A DNA stretch of 64,000 nucleotides from Verrucomicrobia bacterium Opi.OSU.00C. GTDB taxonomy: Bacteria > Verrucomicrobiota > Verrucomicrobiia > Opitutales > PNEW01. The DNA lies in NCBI GenBank assembly GCA_002922725.1, contig PNEW01000001.1, forward strand, positions 10,137-74,136, read 5' to 3'. The position numbers and the translations under genes are program-made. The stretch's first letter is position 1. The number at the start of each line of letters is the position of its first letter. Of this stretch, positions 59,219 through 64,000 are shown piece by piece. Below the pieces are notes generated by a model, which made no database searches, was not told the origin of the DNA, and worked only from the letters and a program-made list of their open reading frames with translations.

Positions 59219-62203
59219 TTAGAAAAGATTGGTTATAGCATCATCATATTCAGCTTCAGTCAGATCTTCAAAAGAGGTGCGACGAAAAGTGCGCACAACT
59301 GGTGCCCCTGGTGGATAGAGACCATCAGCGAAATTCTTATTATATCCAAAGTCGCGAGTTGGCCACCTGTAATAACTGGTATAATTCGTTGGCCTGGATT
59401 GTGGGTGTACCTCGCTTTCAAACAAAGATATAAGTGAACCGCGAATAGTCATTATTCCCCCTCCCCAATTTTCAATCATACGTGGGAAATTGTGGAGTCC
59501 ACCACTTGATGTTCCATCTGCGTTTGGAGTTCCATCAGGATAGGTAGGAGCAAGACCAGTAATTAGAGCAGCAGATATTTCAATATAGCTCTGGTCATTA
59601 TGAGATCTTGCCGGGTGTGCTCCATCAGTGGGATGAGTTAAGCTTGTATCCCATTGCATACTTTCATTACTTTCTTCCCGATTTTCGCCATATTTTGCAG
59701 AGACAATTGTCAATGTATCCCCAGCTAGAAGGGCAGGAGGTTCTTCTGATGCATTCTCATTATCGGGTTCAGTTGAATCATTTGTATGTTCATGTCCATC
59801 AGCATTGTAAGAACCGGCTACGTAAAGTGGGTGATTAGTTGCTAATGTCATCCCACGCTCATCAATAAATTCTGAGCTTTGTCGACTGTCTCTTTTCGGG
59901 TCTGGAATCTCTCGTGCATTTATTGTCTGTAGGACCACTGTGGGATGAGCGCCAACAACAAGTTTGTCTTTCCCTGTACGATTTTGAGCTTTAGCATCAA
60001 GTGGTTCAGTGGGGAACTCAACGTATACAACGCCGTTCCACCAGCTAGAAGGTCTTGATGAATCATCGCCACTATCCCATACCTCGTTATTCTCAATAGC
60101 ATCTTTTAACCCGCCTGTTCCAATATTGAGACTGATCACATCGAGACGGCCATCACCATCACTGTCGACACGTTTATCAAACATGCCACCGATGACTTCA
60201 TTATTACCGTCAGTAGCATAGGTATCTACATGTTTTCCGTCTTTTACGTTTGCATCTTTAGTGGGATCAATCCCGGTAAACTGTCGATCCGTTACTATAG
60301 CACCTCCAATTACATTTGCAGGAATTGAATCAAAATAGATCTTTATAGGGTCACCATTACCATCGAGAACTAGATCACTCATCGGGTCTTCGTTATCAAT
60401 ACGTTGGTAGCGATACGCAGCAATTGAATAGCCGTCTCCACTTGTAGAAACTGAAGAGCCACTACTACTTTGACTTTTCTTTCCGCCGCCGTTCGTAGAA
60501 ACTGAAGAACTGCCACTGCTTTGATTTTTCTTTCCGCCACTTCTCGTGACAACTGAAGAGCCTTTACCATCTCGAGTTCTTTTGCCGCCATTTCTCGTGA
60601 CAACTGAAGAGCCTTTACCATCTTGAGTTCTTTTGCCGGCCCGGTCTTGAGTCCTTTTTCCGCCGCCATCTTGAGTTCTCTTGCCACTGCCATTAACTTT
60701 GACTGGAAAGGTATTCTCATCAGCTGACAACCCAGTGCTTTTGCCAGTATCAAGTGTAAAGCCACCGTCTGCATCAACTGTAAAGCCACCGTCTATATTA
60801 GCTGTAGAGTCGCTGCCTGCATCAAAACTAAGTGTAGAGTCGCTATCCGAATCATTCGAAAAGCCACTGCTGCTTGCATCAACTGTAATACTATTCGGAT
60901 CAACTGTAGGATCGGCGTTATCAGGGTCACCTGTAGAGTCGTCGTTGGTATTTGAGTCGCCTGTAGAGTCGTCGTTGGTATTTGGGTCGCCTGTAGAGTC
61001 GTCGTTGGTATTTGGGTCGCCTGTAGGGTCGCTGCTACTTTGACCATCATTTGTTGTATCATCTGAACCGTTTTTAGTGACTTCGAAAGTCAACCCGGCT
61101 TTATAAGCAAATTTTTGAGCGCGTACATTATCCCCTTTATAATTCCTATCTTTTGTCGAAAGTACAGGTTCGATAATTGAATAGGCGTAGTTTTCAAGTT
61201 CATTACCATCGGCTACTGTTTTATCAGTGTTCGGATCATCAGGAATGTAAGGTAAAACCTCTAATGGGTTCAAAGTAGGTACGCCATGGTCCCCGTCCTG
61301 GACGTTTCCATCCCAGCTTTGATTGGCTTCCTCTACCCAATCTTTATTGCGGTTATCGAGCCATGATTCATCATTGGACTTGGATCCGCCTTTATACATG
61401 GTAACTTTATTACCACTTCCATCCAGAATATTTACATTACCAGTATAGTCGTGTTTACCATTTGCTTTACGACCATGTAGAATGCGCCCTCCTGATGTTA
61501 GAGTGCCATTAACATTGAGCGGTTTGCCAGGTTTTGCCATCGCCCAGATATCGGTATTGCTATGAACAGGACCTCCGAGATCCATCGTCGAACCAGAGTG
61601 CATCTCCAGATCCATATTATAGAAGACGAAGTGACTGAGAAGTGGCGCGTCGCGGACTTGAAGTGTCTGTTTAGTATAAGAATCTATTGAGTTTCCAACA
61701 GAAGGGGTGGAAGTCGCTTTCCCATAAAGAGTTACTTCTTGCACACGGACAAGTTTGCCTTTTAAAGGATCAAATTCATTTGCTGGATCATTAGGATTAA
61801 TATATACACCTGGAGGTAACGGGAAGTCTACAATTTCTCCTCCGTATAATTCAGCTGACTCAACAGCAATATTAGTCCCTGTATGAAATGACCCAAAGGT
61901 GTAATCCGTTAAATCAAGTGGGTTTGTTTGTAGGTAATCAGAGGGTAAGGAAGAAGTGGTCGTAAACTGTCTTACCATTTCCGAAAACCCATACTCTACA
62001 ATAGATTCCGAAGCATTTTTAGCTTCATGTCTCAGGACATGTCGCTTGTTGACAGTTTTTTCCGTTAACCCCCAGCGGAGTGTAACTCCAATGACGATAA
62101 AAAAGGCAAGGCCTATAATAAGAGCACTTACCAAGGCCGATCCTTTCTGTGAAAGGGAAGAGCCTGGCTGGAATTTATTTAATTTAGTCGTTATATTATT
62201 CAT
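59219..62203 (-). CDS. Giant GspK/PilX-like pseudopilin-family protein with a disordered tandem-repeat core
   Basis: 994 aa. N-terminus QKG-SALVSALIIGLAFFIVIGVTL...HEAKNASESIVEYG looks like a PilX_N/GspK-type anchor: a hydrophobic helix without Glu+5. Central D/N/T-rich and K/R/G/S-rich repeats. Conserved-looking C-terminus (GGLHNFPRMIENWGGG...). AGAGGA Shine-Dalgarno sequence upstream. Last gene of the pseudopilin operon. Confidence 0.75.
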   Translation of the reverse strand: MNNITTKLNKFQPGSSLSQKGSALVSALIIGLAFFIVIGVTLRWGLTEKTVNKRHVLRHEAKNASESIVEYGFSEMVRQFTTTSSLPSDYLQTNPLDLTDYTFGSFHTGTNIAVESAELYGGEIVDFPLPPGVYINPNDPANEFDPLKGKLVRVQEVTLYGKATSTPSVGNSIDSYTKQTLQVRDAPLLSHFVFYNMDLEMHSGSTMDLGGPVHSNTDIWAMAKPGKPLNVNGTLTSGGRILHGRKANGKHDYTGNVNILDGSGNKVTMYKGGSKSNDESWLDNRNKDWVEEANQSWDGNVQDGDHGVPTLNPLEVLPYIPDDPNTDKTVADGNELENYAYSIIEPVLSTKDRNYKGDNVRAQKFAYKAGLTFEVTKNGSDDTTNDGQSSSDPTGDPNTNDDSTGDPNTNDDSTGDSNTNDDSTGDPDNADPTVDPNSITVDASSSGFSNDSDSDSTLSFDAGSDSTANIDGGFTVDADGGFTLDTGKSTGLSADENTFPVKVNGSGKRTQDGGGKRTQDRAGKRTQDGKGSSVVTRNGGKRTRDGKGSSVVTRSGGKKNQSSGSSSVSTNGGGKKSQSSSGSSVSTSGDGYSIAAYRYQRIDNEDPMSDLVLDGNGDPIKIYFDSIPANVIGGAIVTDRQFTGIDPTKDANVKDGKHVDTYATDGNNEVIGGMFDKRVDSDGDGRLDVISLNIGTGGLKDAIENNEVWDSGDDSSRPSSWWNGVVYVEFPTEPLDAKAQNRTGKDKLVVGAHPTVVLQTINAREIPDPKRDSRQSSEFIDERGMTLATNHPLYVAGSYNADGHEHTNDSTEPDNENASEEPPALLAGDTLTIVSAKYGENREESNESMQWDTSLTHPTDGAHPARSHNDQSYIEISAALITGLAPTYPDGTPNADGTSSGGLHNFPRMIENWGGGIMTIRGSLISLFESEVHPQSRPTNYTSYYRWPTRDFGYNKNFADGLYPPGAPVVRTFRRTSFEDLTEAEYDDAITNLF
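60444..61030 (-). repeat. In-frame tandem repeats inside the 994-aa gene
   Basis: Counted by hand. Four consecutive 51-bp (17-aa) units at 60444-60647; the two at 60541-60591 and 60592-60642 are nearly identical. Three 24-bp units at 60621-60692 (xxGKRTQD). About 3.3 units of 30 bp at 60930-61030 (GDPNTNDDST), with single mismatches. Confidence 0.85.
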
Positions 62204-62228
62204 GATATTATCCTCTTAGTGAGATTAT

Positions 62229-62903
62229 TTATCCTCGTGGTGAGATAGTAAAATTATAGGTGTCAGTAACACGTTTATAGTCATTGCCATGATAAATTTG
62301 TCCATTTACCATAATACTGCGTTCCCGAAAATTGTAGAATAGTTTTCCATCGGCCAAACCTTCAGAAAGTTCAACAATCGTTTCATGGGTACCGACTGTT
62401 GAAATTGCGGGAATTAAACTCTCAATTGTATTGTATTGATCTGCAACAGCGATATCAACATCGAATTTACGGATAGGGCCTGTGTTATTACTTATGTCAT
62501 CAATCGATCGAAAGTAACCAACAATTTTTTCAATAGGAGGTGGTGTCGCATCCCAAGGTGTGATATCAGTACCGTAAAAAATAAAGACAACGCAATCGCC
62601 GGTTTCGGCATCACGTTGACGGTAATCAGCACCTGTCAACGGAGGTAGTGGATTGCGGAAATCATCGTAAAAACTATCGTAAAGTGTGAAGTGGTTGGCA
62701 TTTCTAGCATTGTCTGTCATTTCATTTGTGATAGCGCGAATGTCCCTATTTATTTGAAGCTTTGCGGTATTGGTAAAAAGCATACCATTGGTCTGAAAAA
62801 AGAAGCTACTGATACCTGCCATGACCAAACCTAAAATGGTGAGAGATAAGAGAAGTTCAATTAAAGTAAAGCCTGCTCTTATACTGGAATTATTTTGTTT
62901 CAT
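62229..62903 (-). CDS. Prepilin-type N-terminal cleavage/methylation domain protein (GspJ/PilW-like minor pseudopilin)
   Basis: 224 aa. Canonical motif RAG-FTLIELLLSLTILGLV, with Gly-1, Phe+1 and Glu+5. Confidence 0.85.
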   Translation of the reverse strand: MKQNNSSIRAGFTLIELLLSLTILGLVMAGISSFFFQTNGMLFTNTAKLQINRDIRAITNEMTDNARNANHFTLYDSFYDDFRNPLPPLTGADYRQRDAETGDCVVFIFYGTDITPWDATPPPIEKIVGYFRSIDDISNNTGPIRKFDVDIAVADQYNTIESLIPAISTVGTHETIVELSEGLADGKLFYNFRERSIMVNGQIYHGNDYKRVTDTYNFTISPRG

Positions 62904-62913
62904 TGTATAAATT

Positions 62914-63456
62914 TTAAAATGTGGGTACCCAGGATTTAACGAATTTTGTCGATCCGCTTCTCCAGGATGGTGTTCCAGTCTCCGGGCTTAAAAATTCGTA
63001 ATCTAAGGCTATTTCGAGTGCCTGGATTCCCAGAGTCGGCTCTAGGTTGGTAACCACAGGTGTGATTTTGTATTGCATGACGACTTCGTATAAGTTTCCC
63101 GTACCGTCATCTCTTAAATCGACCGCGACAGTTTTTACATTTTCTACTGCTATTATAAGAGGATCGTCTTCTTCGATGTTAGGGCCGATGGCTAGGATTG
63201 AAACGCTTTTGCAAGGTAGTGGATCGCCAGTTATCAAGCAATCAGTTATCGAGCTATATTCCATACTCTTAATCTGTTCCATATATCCCTGTGTTACAGT
63301 TAACGCAGTGTTTTCATAAACGTTGGATTCAGCGAGACGCCTACTCAACAAAACCGAAGAAAGTATGGTTAATGAAATCATTGATAAGATGCTCAGGGCC
63401 AGTATGACCTCAATGAGACTTAAAGCACGATCGTTAGTTGGAATTTTTGTATTCAT
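62914..63456 (-). CDS. Pseudopilin-like protein (GspI/PilV-like) with a variant cleavage motif
   Basis: 180 aa. N-terminus NDRA-LSLIEVILALSILSMISL has the hydrophobic helix and Glu+5, but Ala where the invariant Gly-1 is expected. There is a 10-bp gap to the next pseudopilin gene. Confidence 0.7.
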   Translation of the reverse strand: MNTKIPTNDRALSLIEVILALSILSMISLTILSSVLLSRRLAESNVYENTALTVTQGYMEQIKSMEYSSITDCLITGDPLPCKSVSILAIGPNIEEDDPLIIAVENVKTVAVDLRDDGTGNLYEVVMQYKITPVVTNLEPTLGIQALEIALDYEFLSPETGTPSWRSGSTKFVKSWVPTF

Positions 63457-64000
63457 TTTATGTATGGTATCTTTTATATATATAACTATTTCTTATGCAA
63501 TACCCATCACCTATAAGAGTATCTTTTGACATATTTTTAACCAAAAGTGGCCTTTATTCCCCTCTTTCTGAAACCCCTATTAATATAATAGATGGTTAAA
63601 CCTTTGAATATCTTTTAATATTAAAATATTCGTGCCTCTAGATCAACATGTATAATGGTAAAAACCACTAATTCTAAAGGCATAAAATAAAAGCTATAAT
63701 CTAACAACAGAAATTAAAAGATAATGAAGTGTTAATATTAAATGTTTTTATGTAACTCTCGTCCAGAGGTGTTAGTTACACTTAGCAAAAGAAGGGTATT
63801 AACTTATGGTAAAAATAATATTTCTATACTTTTGATGGTAGCAGAGTATAGAATTTGAAGCATCAATTTTTGATGAGATTTACATATTTAAATAAATAGG
63901 GTAATATAATTTTACAATGAGGAGTCAGTTGGTTTTTCTTTTCGGCTTTCCAACCTGATTTCATAAAAGTTAAATATTACGTATATAGTTACTCCAATAC

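Noticed and set aside
60444-61030. Possibility that the direct repeats are a CRISPR array
   Set aside because: The units are contiguous with no unique spacers. They have lengths of 24, 30 and 51 bp, all in frame within a long CDS, and no cas genes are nearby.
60379-61062. Three additional ORFs (60379..60789 -, 60793..61062 -, 60681..61043 +) inside the 994-aa gene
   Set aside because: All lie in the tandem-repeat region, where the periodic stop-free sequence is open in several frames. Their translations are simply the repeats read out of frame. The long frame, with an N-terminal anchor and a conserved C-terminus, is the real gene.

Overview
AT-rich, densely coded bacterial chromosomal window with about 55 genes on both strands. 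No rRNA, CRISPR array, transposase, integrase or prophage signal was seen. The gene content suggests a PVC-superphylum organism, probably a marine Verrucomicrobiota-like one. It includes several prepilin-type proteins, a sulfatase, Gfo/Idh/MocA oxidoreductases and GAF-fused signalling or secretion proteins. This lineage call is inference only. Most of the window is housekeeping: pyrH-frr-proB, a UvrD-like helicase, nadA, fur, priA, purQ-purL-purF-purM, tyrS, acnA, trpB, yicC and one tRNA-Gln(UUG). Four features stand out. (1) A minus-strand operon at 59.2-63.5 kb encodes two minor-pseudopilin-like proteins and a 994-aa GspK/PilX-like protein with a charge-segregated tandem-repeat core. It ends in a clear intrinsic terminator. 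(2) A co-directional oxidative cluster at 8.6-13.4 kb contains an HpcH aldolase, a P450, two PhyH dioxygenases and a PAL-like NHL lyase. (3) A FecR-TPR-beta-barrel protein is coupled to a CHASE2 nucleotide cyclase at 3.1-8.6 kb. (4) An orphan GAF-fused GspE/PilB ATPase lies at 43.6-45.9 kb. Four genes, including essential purL, are frame-disrupted. Three of the breaks sit at A/T homopolymers of 7-9 nt. This looks more like sequencing or assembly indels than biology, but it needs checking. All calls come from reading the translated ORFs and motifs by eye. No searches were run.
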